A stretch of DNA of 63,406 nt, filler included, from Licmophora abbreviata (GCA_900291995.1; 9 parts of 9 records of this genome joined end to end with filler, not necessarily neighbours in it); one strand, 5' to 3'; shown: positions 33,922-52,611, counted from the whole stretch's first letter. A program made the numbers and translations. Notes: generated by a model not told the origin, from the sequence alone.

Positions 33922-35061
33922 ATGATGAGTGATAACGACGTCCTCGTCTTCTCAACTGGCCTCACCATGGACAATAAGCATCTATCGAGCCCCTCGTGGA
34001 AACTGTTCGACTTTCACGTGGGAAATCTCACTCCAGAGATCTCCAAGTGGATCGACCAACCCGAAGCTAATCATTCAGAGTTCAAAACGCCGACTTCGCA
34101 GAGGAGCGGGTCAACTGCATCAATGAGCCACGAGGAGACTAATCTTCTCCACATACCGAACGAAATCCCTTCTGCTGCAACAGCCGGAATCGCTAGCAAT
34201 CTTACCACCTTAGAACAGGAACGCTTTCGATCTTTTCACGAAGAAAAGTGGGAGATGCGATACAAGGAGCTTCTCCAATACCGAAGAACTCACGGGGACT
34301 GTCTTGTACCTCATTCCTTCAAGGAAAATCCGCAGCTGGGTCGTTGGGTGAAACGGCAACGTCGTCAATACAAAATCTTGGTGGAGGGCAAGAATTCAAC
34401 CATGACCCCTGAGCGAGTCCTTCTGCTCGAAGATGTGGGCTTTGTTTGGGACTCTCATGAAGCCACCTTCCAAGAGAGGGCGGCAGAGCTCGCTGAATAT
34501 CGTAAGACGTATGGCAGTGCAATCATTAGCAGTAAGGCCACCAAATACAAGCAACTGTACACTTGGGTGAAGGGAATGCGTCGGCAGTACAAGTTGTATT
34601 GGTTGGGTAAGCGTACATCCATGACACCCAAGCGAATTGCTCAGCTGGAAGAAGTTGGTTTTGAATGGGAGGTTCGTCCCTCCAAGCCAAATAGCAGCGG
34701 CGAGAAGACGGAGGGGAATGGTTTTCGACGATATTTGATAGCGCTCACATGTGAGCTAACCGGTACTCGGGCATGTCGATCAATACTCCAAAGGATTGAG
34801 TCAATGGGAGATACCAGTTATCCAAAGTTGGCGCAAGTTACATACTGTAAAACTAAATTTATCGGAAAGTCAATGTCAATCGTAGAGACATGTGGACGTT
34901 TCGTGGTGTCAAAGTACGCGGCGCCAGCAAAACCTTCTCACCAGGTCAAGGCGCCTGAATGCCTCCTACCTGTGCCAATCAGCCCCTCGCCCGCCGCTCA
35001 AGTCGACTGTGTCAACTCTTTCATATTCTGCTGTTGGGACTTAAGTTTTCGTTCCAGATAG
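33922..35061 (+). CDS. Protein with two helicase-associated (HA) domains; 3' end uncertain
   Basis: W..RYKEL..Y...HGDCLVP..LGRWVKRQR..LEDVGFVW, then a second copy ending LEEVGFEW. Confidence 0.85.
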   Translation: MMSDNDVLVFSTGLTMDNKHLSSPSWKLFDFHVGNLTPEISKWIDQPEANHSEFKTPTSQRSGSTASMSHEETNLLHIPNEIPSAATAGIASNLTTLEQERFRSFHEEKWEMRYKELLQYRRTHGDCLVPHSFKENPQLGRWVKRQRRQYKILVEGKNSTMTPERVLLLEDVGFVWDSHEATFQERAAELAEYRKTYGSAIISSKATKYKQLYTWVKGMRRQYKLYWLGKRTSMTPKRIAQLEEVGFEWEVRPSKPNSSGEKTEGNGFRRYLIALTCELTGTRACRSILQRIESMGDTSYPKLAQVTYCKTKFIGKSMSIVETCGRFVVSKYAAPAKPSHQVKAPECLLPVPISPSPAAQVDCVNSFIFCCWDLSFRSR

Positions 35062-35964
35062 TCTAACTTCTGAGAAAGCTCGTTCTCGCGTTTCTTGTCG
35101 TCCTCCATAGACTTGGTCAAGTGATCTGTGACATCCGTTCTGCTCGACAGGAGAAACATCTTCCCAACACTGCGGTACATGTTTGACGTGCTATTTTCTG
35201 GAAAAGTCTCCAGCTCGGCCATGGTGAGCTCGTTTGTCTTGTATTCACGTTGAGCTTTGTGAATGTCAGCCCGAACCATGTTATACTCTCGATTCGTTTG
35301 AACAAACTGCTGATGCAAGTCTTGAAGCTCTCTCGACCCTCCTCCCCCCGGTACCCCTGGCTGCGGCACTGTGGCGGACTTCTTCGACACTGCTGCCTTC
35401 TTCGCCAATTTGACCTGACGGAGTTGCTTAGAGAGTTGCGAATTATTTGGGTCGACGTTTAAGCCCTGCTTGATCGTAGCGTTCGCACCATCCCAATCTT
35501 TCAATTCAATTTGAGCCGTCGCCAGTCGATAGTATCCCTTCACAAAGGACGGTTCCAAGCGTATGCATTCCTTAGCATCAGCTAAGGCTTTGATCCAATC
35601 CTGACTTCCCCCATACGAGGCGCTTTTCGGTAAGGGGCGGAATGGCGTGAGTACGCTCGGAGGAGACAGTACACTACTTTGGCTGGCCGAAACGCCAGAT
35701 TAGAAAACATACCTCCGGTTGGAAAAGAAGACATGATTCTTCGGGTCCAGTCTGATGGCAGCGGTGTAGTGAGCAATTGCTTGATCGTAGTCCTTGGCGG
35801 AGAATGCCGAGTTACCCAATCTGTGTGATCGAAGCGCATGAACAGGTACACGAGGGCAACAAAACTGTGAGAGCCGCGTGCTGGCGTCGCGACAACAGAG
35901 CACCGGAAAGAACTCATTACCCCAGAACTCACTCTTTGAGCTCTTCGGGAGTTTTGGTACTCAT
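34998..35964 (-). CDS. TPR-domain protein fused to a prefoldin beta (PFDN1-like) domain; 2 introns
   Basis: Spliced MSTKTPEELKE|LGNSAFSAKDYDQAIAHYTAAI..FSNRS|ASY..KGYYR (3 TPRs); C-terminal MYRSVGKMFLL..DYLERKL..NMKEL. Confidence 0.85.
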
Positions 35965-36322
35965 CGCTGGATCCTCGCTTCACCAGTTTATACAATGGAT
36001 GAAGGATCGCGACGGTTGTACGGTGCAAGCTTGATGTAGTATCTGGCGTGATCTGTGTGGTTGATCTATGTTGCGCCATCGTGCCCATCATCGTCGCGCA
36101 CATGCACTACGACGCAGGGACCGCAGGACACGGAGCTGCCGCGCGCCGCGACTCCTCACGCGAGCCTCATCCTGCTGAAGCTTCAAGCTAACTTTTAACT
36201 TTTGCATCCTTACTCACCCGAATCGAATCTCGCTATAACCTCACGTTCACGCCATACGACCATACTCTAGCAAAGCTATCTAATCAACGATAGTGCTAAT
36301 AGACTTACTGGCCAGCTCGATC

Positions 36323-38351
36323 CTATTTTTCAATATTCAAGCCATCCTCAGATTCCAGCTCGAGCCAGGGACGTGGAAGAGGAGTAGCTGCTTGACCAGT
36401 ATAAATGCTTCGCATAGGAGAAGGATCGACGTCCCGATAGGTTTTCCACACTGCCTCTTTTGAAGACTTGTCCAGAAGATGTCTCATCAAAATGTTTTGC
36501 ATGCCCAGTTGAACTAGCTTGTCACCTCTCTCGGACAACTCACGGTACGTCCCAAAGTCAACAGGGTACTTGGCGTCCTCAAAGTCGCTGCTTAGTCAGC
36601 GGAAATTCCAAATGAGAACGACTGAAGACGATAGCGCTAGTGTGACACAGCTTCACCGAACGTACCGTGCAAGGGATCCCGCGTAGTGACGTAGAAGCTC
36701 CAAGTTGCATTTGACTGCTCGGGGGTCGTCATAGTTGTCGCTCCAGTGGTCGTCCCCGAGCTCATCAAGTGCTTTGAAGTAGTTGCCGTCGAGGCTCCAG
36801 CGTAAGTAAGCAACGTTCATTTCATCGATGAGCCGCTCAAGATTATATTCTTCCATATCTTCTCTCGACGGCACACTCACTTCTCCCGTAATGAAGGCGA
36901 GACAAAGCCAAGCCACCGCCTCAAGTTGAAGAAGGGGGAATTCCGATTGACAGTCCATGATGTACATCATTCTTGGGTTATCCATTAGTACCGTGCGATA
37001 TACACCGGGCAAAATGTTTCCTATAGAAAACGAGAATCGAGTAGCAGCGATGTGGCAAACCACGAAATAGTCAGGCGTTGTGAGTGGTCGAAGACACCAA
37101 TTTTTATCTTCCACCGACTGACTTACCGCTGAAGCTCAGTTCGCTTTCTGGCTCAATGTCGCCAATCTCCGGTGTAAACTCGTTTTCTTGCATCTTGAAG
37201 TTATCTGGAACAGACCAAGACCAAGAATTCAACTGTTCGCTATGAATATTCAGATCCTCGCTCAGAAAATTCATACTAGGCACGAACCCGGTGCAGAGAA
37301 TAATCGTGTCAATATCATGTAGCGTCATCGATTCACCATCGTCGTCGAAGTCATACCCATCGAGCTCATCATTCCATTCCATGCTCGAGCATTTGAGGGT
37401 TCTGCCCTCGCCCACTATCCTGTAGGGCAATACCAAATGCACCTCCACTTTCGGTTCCAATGCGCCTGTCAACTGGTCTATTTCTCCAGGCCAGGAGCCC
37501 ATGTAGACGCAATCTCCAAACCCGCTTCGACTTAGAATATAACACTTCTTCACGCCGTGTCGAACCGCTTGCAAAGCCAGTTCCTCGGCTGAATTCGAGT
37601 CGCCAATCATCACCACTCGTTTTGCTCGGACGGCGTCCTTCAGTTTGGTAGAACAATGCATCGAATGAAGCACAGTACCAGTGAACGGTGTCGGCTTTGA
37701 CTCAGAAGTAAGTGCAGAATTGCTGTCAATCTCACCGCCGGTACGAAGGATATTCAGAGTGGAACGAGGGATGCGAGGCTTGCCCCTCAGACCCGCAGCC
37801 CAAATGCAGTAGTCAAAATACTCTGTTTCCGTCGCTACTTCCCCTTCCCCGTTCTCTATTCGCGGACAAGACTGAACTTCAAACCCCCGTTTCTCATCAA
37901 TGAAATGAACATGCTTGACTGACGTATTGAACCGAACTTCATGCAGTCGGTCGTGATCCACCGACGTCCTGTCACTCGCACATTGGTACAGATTAGAATC
38001 GATAGCTTCCGTTCGTTTTCGGAGATAGTCTAGCAAATGAGCTCTTGGAAGAAACGTCGGTACCGCTTGACCCCGAAAATGTTCTTTGTACGTATAATCT
38101 GGAAACTCGAAGGCTTCTTTACAAACATTGTTCCAAACGTCGTCATGCCAGCAGGCAGCATTGTGTGGCTGGTCACGCTCTTCTAGAGGCGGGGCACGCC
38201 AACACCCACCGGGTTCGTCCGCTTGTTCGAAGCACACAACATACGGAAGAGTGACTGCATCTCCATTCTGCTTTTGTCTGGACGCCAGAGCATGAAGAAA
38301 GCACATGCCGGAAGCACCGCAGCCTATCAAGGCGACACGGGGACGCGTCAT
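36323..38351 (-). CDS. Flavin-containing monooxygenase (class B); 2 introns (~37126-37021, 36665-36588)
   Basis: VALIGCGASG, FEQ..PGGCW, EFPDY, FTGTVLHS, IILCTGF. Confidence 0.88.
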
Positions 38352-38599
38352 GATGAGCGCGGCTACGCAGCCTGAAAACTAGTGGCAAGCGAGTAGTCAA
38401 AAAGTTGACTTGAATTCATCAGAAAACACTTAATTGAGTTCGTCGCTTTCGGATTTTATGTTGAGCATCAGAGATTTAAGACAGAGAGTGAGCAGCACAA
38501 CGGTTACAGGTTCCTGTGTGCGCTGTGATATCAGCGACCACACCAGTTGAGAGTGAGTCAAGACAGCATTTGCGACTTCTCGACAGGTAAAAAAAGAAA

Positions 38600-38672
38600 T
38601 GGAGAATGTGGAAATCGAATCCACGACCTCGTGCATGCTAAGCACGCGCTCTACCAACTGAGCTAATCCCCC
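38600..38672 (-). tRNA. tRNA-Ala(AGC)
   Basis: 73-nt cloverleaf GGGGGAT-TA-GCTC..GAGC-G-CGTGC-TTAGCAT-GCACG-AGGTC-GTGGA-TTCGATT-TCCAC-ATTCTCC-A; G3:U70 pair; T-run terminator downstream. Confidence 0.97.
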
Positions 38673-39232
38673 ACGTCAGTATGAAAAGACATATTGCAAA
38701 TTATATACCTTTGTCGAGACGTGTTGAAACACTTCCGTCGTCTCTTTCTTGAACGAGGTGAGGAAATTGTACCTATTACCTTCCAGGTATCCGGCCAGAA
38801 GTTATAGGCTGAGAAGTGATGAAAGTTGTCAAGATATTTGCTCGTCGTCCTTTTCTTGCCAATGTTTGAGCTATTCGGTAGTCTGCCCTTCGTGAGGTAG
38901 CACGTAGAATCTACGCAATCCTGGTACATTGTGCACAAATCCGAACCGAAACAAATCAGCCGGAGAAACCAATGGCGCGCTCGTGATTCGCCAGCTGCTG
39001 TGATGTCATGTCGGGTGGTGACATACGACAGCTCATGATAAGTAAGGTACGTCTGATATCACAACTCGATAAGTAATGTTTAGGGCCTCCGCAAGATTCG
39101 ACGATGCCGAAAGTTCTTTGACAAGACATCAAGCCTCGTTCATTCATTTCTCATTTCCTCATCGACGTTGGCGATCATTTTGATGCTCTGAGTGAAAGTC
39201 CCTGGACTGTACACCCGCCCTTATCCACCACC

Positions 39233-40648
39233 ATGTGCGTAACCAACACTACCTCGAGGCGTCCCGTGACGCTCGCATCGCAGGTCTCTGCGTCGCCTTC
39301 TATGATTTCGCAGCGATTGTGTGATTCCTTGTTCTNNNNNNNNNNNNNNNNNNNNNNNNNNNNNNNNNNNNNNNNNNNNTTAATTAATTAANNNNNNNNN
39401 NNNNNNNNNNNNNNNNNNNNNNNNNNNNNNNNNNNCTCGCATCACAGGTCTCTGCGTCGCCATCCATGATTTCGCAGCGATTGTGTGATTCCTTGTTCTC
39501 GCTTTCTTCGGCCGTACAATCCAGTACTACTCCTACGGTTGTGACCCAAGTCGAGGAGAAGGTAGCCCCCGTTCCCTCTGCCGTCCTGTCTGACGCGGAG
39601 AAGAACCGCATGCGCCGTACCAGGCGTAAGCGCAAAGCTCAGAAGCCTGGAAAGACAGCCAAGCTGAACGATCGCCATTTCGTCGTCCACAATTATCACG
39701 ATCACTCCAAGGACCAAGATTACCACTTGGAGGCTGCCGACGACAACACGCCCCGTCGCCGCGGTGGAGTCTCTGTCGCGTTCCCGCTCAAGCTGCATGC
39801 CATGCTCGATCAGATTGAAGCGGATGGATTGTCGCATGTCATCTCGTGGCAGCCGCATGGACGCTGCTTTGTGATTCACAAGCCGCACGAGTTTGTGGTA
39901 AGAACAATGTGTGTGTGTCTCTTTTGAGAGTAGCGTACGAGGATCTCGATATCCCTTTCTCACCCAACCTTTCTGCTTGACACTTCAGGAAGAAGTCATG
40001 CCCAAGTACTTCCGGCAAACAAAGCTGACCTCCTTCCAGCGTCAACTGAATCTTTATGGATTCCAACGCATCACAAGAGGAGCGGACAACACAGGCTACT
40101 ACCACGAGCTCTTCCTTCGTGGCAAGACGTTCCTCTGCAAGGATATGCAGCGAATCAAGGTCAAGGGGACAGGATTTAAGGCCGCCAGCTCGCCGGACGA
40201 TGAGCCTGACTTCTACCGGATGCCACCGGTGCTTGTGACGCCGCACAACAGCAGCGACGATGCCCACTCGGATGATGGATCAACCATGTCCGATACGACT
40301 CTCACACATCATCCTTCGGACCGATACGATTCTGTGAGGCGACCCACCTTGCCTCTAATCACCTCTGACCCGTCTCCTGGGCAAGTTATCTCCATGCAAG
40401 TTGCGGAAACACTGACGTCTACACAGCAGTCGCAGGAACAACCCTGCGCCCAACCATTGGACGAAGTCGTGGACGAGCTATTCTTGCAAGACTCCTCTGT
40501 TGATGAGAATGATACCATTCTTGACTTCGTCGAGGCTTGGACGCCTATGGACTCCTTTGACGAGACGGAAGAGTGGTGGTATGAGCCTAGTATTGACGAT
40601 GATGCCGAGCTTGGTCGTCTCCTCGAACACATCTTGGAGCGTGAGTGA
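39233..40648 (+). CDS. HSF-type DNA-binding transcription factor; spans the gap, intron 39898-39988
   Basis: [49 protein letters not shown] 39233 is in frame once the gap overlap is collapsed. Confidence 0.9.
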
Positions 40649-40975
40649 GGACTGGGATCCCAGTACTTCAGTTGTAGTGTAGAGATAGTTAGGAATCAAA
40701 TTTACAATCCACAGTCAGTGTTTGAATAAGTCTGTCGCCTGGCAACGATCGTAACTAACCGTCTAGCTACAGTGAATCTGCTGGTAAGACGTCAAGGCGA
40801 ACGCGCGAGAAGAAAATTTCCACGATCACCCGGCGAGAAGTTTACTTATGGATCGATAAGCCGAACAGCTATGATTTATAGAGTTCATTCAAACAGCGAG
40901 GAAGGCTTGCCACACGCTTCTCAACGCACGATGGAGATCTCACAGCCCGAACACGCGAACCCCATTGACTTGAAG

Positions 40976-42385
40976 ATGGCCCGGTCGTCCGCTTCCAAGC
41001 AGAGTGCCAAGGCAAAAGGCAAGGCACCAGACGCCGAGCCCGAGGACGGTGTCGAAGAAGACAATGATGTGAAAGAAACGGAAAAATCCGGCTCCTATGG
41101 AGCGGAAGAGGACTCGAACAAGAACTATGGCGAAAAGGACGACCACCATGGCGACGAGGAGGGAACTGCGGGTCCACCTACCCCGGGATCGCAGCCGCCC
41201 CCTCATCAGGTTGCCGTCCCGCCTTTCTTCGCACCGTATCCCTACCCACCGTATGCTGGGATGCCGCCTGGATATCCGCCCATGATGCCTCCTTCCAGCA
41301 CTGGCGATTACAGCTCCACCTACACGGACGCGTCGACGATGAGCGACCCAATGCCCGACACTCGTCGCAATCGCGGTGGCGTGACGGAACCCTTCCCTGA
41401 ACGTCTCCACCGTATGCTGGATGCTACGGAACGAGAGGGTCTTGCGGATGTGGTCAGTTTCTTCTCACACGGGCGCGCATTCGCCATTCACAAGCCGCGA
41501 CGCTTCGTTGTAAGTTCACGATGTCTTTGATTTTTTGCAGTTTCAATGTTAGAAATGATAGCGTTCTCTGGTGTGAACGAGCAGCTTGCTCACCTATCTT
41601 TCGTTTTCCCTAGGCGGAAATTATGCCTCGCTTCTTTCGCCAGAGCAAGTTAACTTCCTTTCAGCGTCAACTCAACCTGTACGGCTTCCGTCGTATCAGT
41701 CAAGGCCCGGACAATGGTGGCTACGTAAGTGCATATTATGGCTTTGCTTTGTGGTTTTTGTTGCTGAATCTCGAGATGTATCTTTGCCACATGTCGACTG
41801 ACGCTCGATTCCTCTCTGACAACTTTCCGACATTCAGTACCACGAGCTCTTCCTTAAAGGCCGCCTCGGTCTCTGCGTCAACATGAAGCGTACCAAGGTG
41901 CGTGTATCCAACGACAATGGCGTTGTGGCCTACAAGTGCGTAACTCTTACTGTACTCTACCTCTCTCTCACTGCCTGTAGGTTAAGGGAGCGGCCAAGTT
42001 CAAGCGTGATCCCGATACGGAGCCCAACTTTTACGTTATGAGACCCGTCTCTGGTCCACCGGGGATGCCCACCGGCACGTCTCCAGGCGCACCTAACTCT
42101 CAGATCGCCCCTGGCCCTCATCCGTACCCGTATCCCCCGCCTCCCTATGGCTACCCCACTTCTTCGCCTCAGCCCTACACAGCGGCACAAGGTGCCATGG
42201 GATCTCCTACGATGCCATATCCGTACCCGCCCCCACCATATTGGCCATACTGGGGTGCACCTCCTCCCGGACAGCCACAGGCGGCGCCGACGCCTCAGAA
42301 ATCGGAGGTAGCGGGAGAAGCTGCTCCTTCCGGGGACGGTGAAGGAAATGAGGCTGATAAGCCTGAGGAGGAAGAGGCCGTGTAG
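40976..42385 (+). CDS. HSF-type DNA-binding transcription factor; 3 introns (first 41510-41613)
   Basis: [59 protein letters not shown]. Confidence 0.9.
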
Positions 42386-42813
42386 TGCGCCATGAGTCTT
42401 TTTTGTGAGTATGACAGAAATCAAGCGTTATGTAGGGCCGCCCGGTCGGGGGTAGCGGTATACTCTAAGGGATAAGAAAACTTCTAGAACGCGCCGATAT
42501 CGGCAGTAGCATTCTAGGGGCGCTAGGTCTGATCGTCCCGGCAACGGGGGGATTTCGTGGTAATCGGCAAATCGCGCCATGCCGAGCGGTGTGGTTTGTG
42601 GGACGTGCGTGTGGAGTGTGTGCAGCGCGCAATTTTCGCGGCAAAACGGGCTTTTGGGCGCGCTTTTATGTTGATCAAAGAAGTGACGCGGCGACACAGC
42701 GGACAATCGCCGCGTCGCAACCGAGAGCCATAAATGGGAGAAAAGCAAGCGCAACCGTCTTCCGTACTCCATTACTACAATTGTCTGTGCCTTGTGGACT
42801 CGTCAAGCTGCCA

Positions 42814-47120
<4,307 letters not shown>

Positions 47121-47311
47121 AAGACGATGATTGCGGAAACAGTTGTGCAGCGTGTATGATGAGGGGCAAGGCTACGGGTATAGCATGTGCTTTCTTCCGC
47201 GCGCGCCAATTGTAGCTCAAACGGAGTGTTCTTTCCCAACCCACACATAGAAATTCGGTACTGAATTTTCGTATATTCTACATACGATATTTTCCGTAGC
47301 TCGTCTACTGA

Positions 47312-49232
<1,921 letters not shown>

Positions 49233-49740
49233 GCAGCCTTTCGCATGGGTCGTGAAGTGGCGCTCGAACGAGATACAAAAAAGAGCGACAGTGCGCGCAG
49301 TGTGTGATGCGCCTTGGGAGTGTAGTCGTAACGAAAATTGGAGTTTGTTGGAACCATCTGTAAGAAGTATGTACTGGTGCTAGCAGAGTTGAACGCTGCA
49401 GCGTGAGAAAGTACGACTAGAGCAGTAACAAGAATAAAGTGTGAACGAGGCAATGCGTTTGAGATTGGATCCAGTCTTTTCGTCTTTCTTTTTCTGTAGA
49501 TAGCGGTCTCAGTCTCACCGTAGTCTACGGTAGACATTCGAGCTTTGGGCTTTGCAAACTACTACGACGCTATACGAAACACGGAATTGCGATTGTCTTA
49601 CCAGCACGCATCGCTCTGGTCACAAACACCTTGTAGTATGGTACGGCAGTAGCAAGTTCGAACATTCTAAAAGCTAATCATTCGCAAAGATCGGTAGCAA
49701 GCTCCCTCTATGTCTCACTGTCACGCACTAACGGTCCTCT

Positions 49741-50457
49741 TCAATTGGCCGCCGCTTTTTCGAGTGCCTGGATGCGCTCCTCCAACTGTGCCTCACGGGC
49801 CTTGGCCTGCTCCAGCTCCACCTGACTCCGCTGAATTTCGCCTTCCTGACGAGCATCTCGATAGGAATCACCAGCACTGCCCATAGCACCAAGGCCGTAT
49901 CCCAGTCCTGCGAAACCAATACAAAAAAGATTGTGGTCAGCAAGACCAAGAGAATTTCCTATATTCATTCAACGTAGCGAAAGTGCAAGTGCAGACCGAT
50001 TTTTTTGAAACTTACCGAACCCACCCATCGGATTGTATCCATATCCCATACCAAAGGGACTGACAACGACCGGAGGCGCGGAGTAAACAGGCTGTCGAAT
50101 CACGGTCGTGCTGCTGTAACTCCTGGAAGTCGATGGCGCCCGCGATGGCGCCCGCGAGGGAGCCCTAGAACGCCCACCAGCCCGTCCACCACTGCGTGCT
50201 GCAACAATCTGGGACGAACCAAAGTCCTGCTGCAAATCCTCCATGGAAGTGGCCATGGCGACATCGGCCGTAGCGAGGCTGCCAACAAGATACGCGGCGG
50301 CGAGAAACGATGCGACAGTCTTCTTTCCATCATTTTTATTTCTGCTCATGGAAAGAGCGGTCGGCGCTCGCGTCGATCTTGCCTGGGTGCTAAAGGCAGT
50401 CACCGAGCTCACGGCAATCGCCGCAAAGAGAGCCAAAGTCAGCAAACGGAGCGTCAT
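49741..50457 (-). CDS. Plastid (possibly thylakoid) targeted hypothetical protein; intron 50015-49908
   Basis: Signal peptide ending VTA-FS, second hydrophobic segment ending AMA, AARSGGRAGGR, C-terminal coiled coil. Confidence 0.75.
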
Positions 50458-50825
50458 GGTCGTCGTGTTCAGCGAAGAAGCGCGTGATGTGACTTCAACA
50501 AAGAAGCGGAGAAGATCGAAATCTTGAGACCCGGGTGCCACGTCAGCGAAGTTGTTGACCACTTTGACTCAATTTTCTGGATCGAGTTTGACTCACTCGA
50601 CTCACCACCTGGTTTCGACTGACTCGACTCGAGAGACATCATCTCGATCGCGAAACACACGCAGCATTCTTCGTGTGTGAGTCGAGTCGTCGTCACTGAT
50701 GCTCTGTGACGAGTTGTGACAACCGCCAAGACATCAGCATCATCCGTGTCTCATTCGACCCCTCCCTGCAAGACTCGAGACTCTACCTGACTCCTCAACC
50801 TGTCTGGAACTATTGCTTGTTAAAC

Positions 50826-52611
50826 ATGCTATCTCGATTTGCAGTCTCCCCATCACCCGCTGTTGCCCGCCGTCTTTCCGCGTCACCAATATTGCGTAGA
50901 GTCACTGGTCGGGAACTATCGTCGACCAGTCTGACGGATCCTGACGCTGTCAAACTCACCGATTCCACGAGAGGCGCTCCGGTCTTCGACAATGCCCGCA
51001 CCGCCTTCGACTCCAAGTCGACCGGCGAGCTGCTCCGGGCGGCGCTTGTCTTTCGCCTGTGCAACTTGATCCCTGTCCAGTACGCTGATCCATTGCTATC
51101 GTGGTCCCGTCGAATTTTGGGCGACACGGTGACTGACGCGGCTCTCAAGCGGACTTTGTATGGACACTTCTGTGCAGGTGAAAACGAAGAGCGTATTCAA
51201 CCGGTTGTCGCAAGTCTTCGAAAGAACGGAATTGGAGGAATTCTGGACTATGCAGCCGAAAGCGACGTGGAAGAGAAGCCTGGTGAGAGCAAGCAACCAG
51301 AAATCATTCAGACACCCGACTTTGTCAATCAGCCCGTACGAGAGTTTAGCTACGAGTCGGAAGAAGCATGCGACCGACACGTCGAGGTATTCAAGTCATG
51401 TATTCGCTCAGTGGCGAATGTCACGCCGGATGGCTTCGCTGCTATTAAGGTGACGGCTCTGGGAAATCCAGCGCTCCTACAGCGCATGTCCTTGGCCATT
51501 GTCGAAACCAAAACTCTTTTTGCTAAGTTTGATAGCAACCTCGATGGATTAGTCAACCGAGAAGAGTTTGAGACCGGGTATCGGTGAGTAAGAGTTGAAT
51601 TGAGTCGCCCTGCTACCAGTGTACTTGATGACCTGTCGATTCACCTTGTCTTCTCTTTCGATTCACCGCAGACTGTTCTTCAACGATGATGCCGAGGACA
51701 AACTTGAAGAAATTTTCGATCACCTCGACCCCGATGGATCAGGGTATATCGACTACATCACGTGGGCGAAATTTCTTACTCCCAAGGATCTGCCAGCGAT
51801 TACACGCTCTTGTCGACAGATAGGGCCGTTGGGTCAAGCAACACCGACCGAAGAAGAAATCGAGCTGATGGAAACCATGCACGCCCGAGCGCACTCGCTC
51901 GCCAAAGTAGCGGCGGAATGTGGGACACGGCTATTGATTGACGCCGAACAGATTCGATTCCAGCCAGCCATTGACAACCTCACGCTCGACCTGCAGCAGA
52001 CGTACAACTCCAGGGACATCACCGACCATCCCATTATCTTCAACACGTACCAGTGCTATCTAAGGGATGCAATGGAGCACATCCAATTGGATGTCGAACG
52101 CGCGGAGCGCTTCGATTATCACTTTGCTTGTAAGCTTGTGCGAGGGGCCTACATGGAGAGCGAACGGGACCTTGCTACCAAGTTGCTTTATCCAAGTCCC
52201 ATTCACGACACCATTGAGGATACTCACAAGTGCTATAATGATGCTGTCGCCTTTCTTTTGCGTCATGGGGCGGCAACGGAAAACAACAATCTAGAAGTAA
52301 TGTGCGCAACTCACAACCAAGAAAGCATCGAGAGGGCTATTGAGGTCATGAATGACTGCGGCATTGACCGATCCGCAAAGGTGCTACATTTTGCTCAGTT
52401 ATATGGCATGTCGGACAATTTGACGTTCAATCTCGGCAAACACGGATTTCGTGCTTATAAGTACGTGCCGTACGGAGCAGTCAAAGAGGTGATGCCATAC
52501 CTTTTGCGCCGAGCGCAAGAGAATAGTGCCATGTTGGGAAACGCGTCGCGGGAGTTACATCTATTGAAGAAGGAACTGCGTCGGCGACTTTCACTAGGAT
52601 TTTCCATGTAA
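50826..52611 (+). CDS. PRODH: Proline dehydrogenase with EF-hand insertion; intron 51584-51671
   Basis: HFCAGE, ILDYAAE, AIKVTALG, LLIDAEQ, KLVRGAYM, ATHN, AQLYGMSD, YKYVPYG..YLLRRAQEN. Confidence 0.95.
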
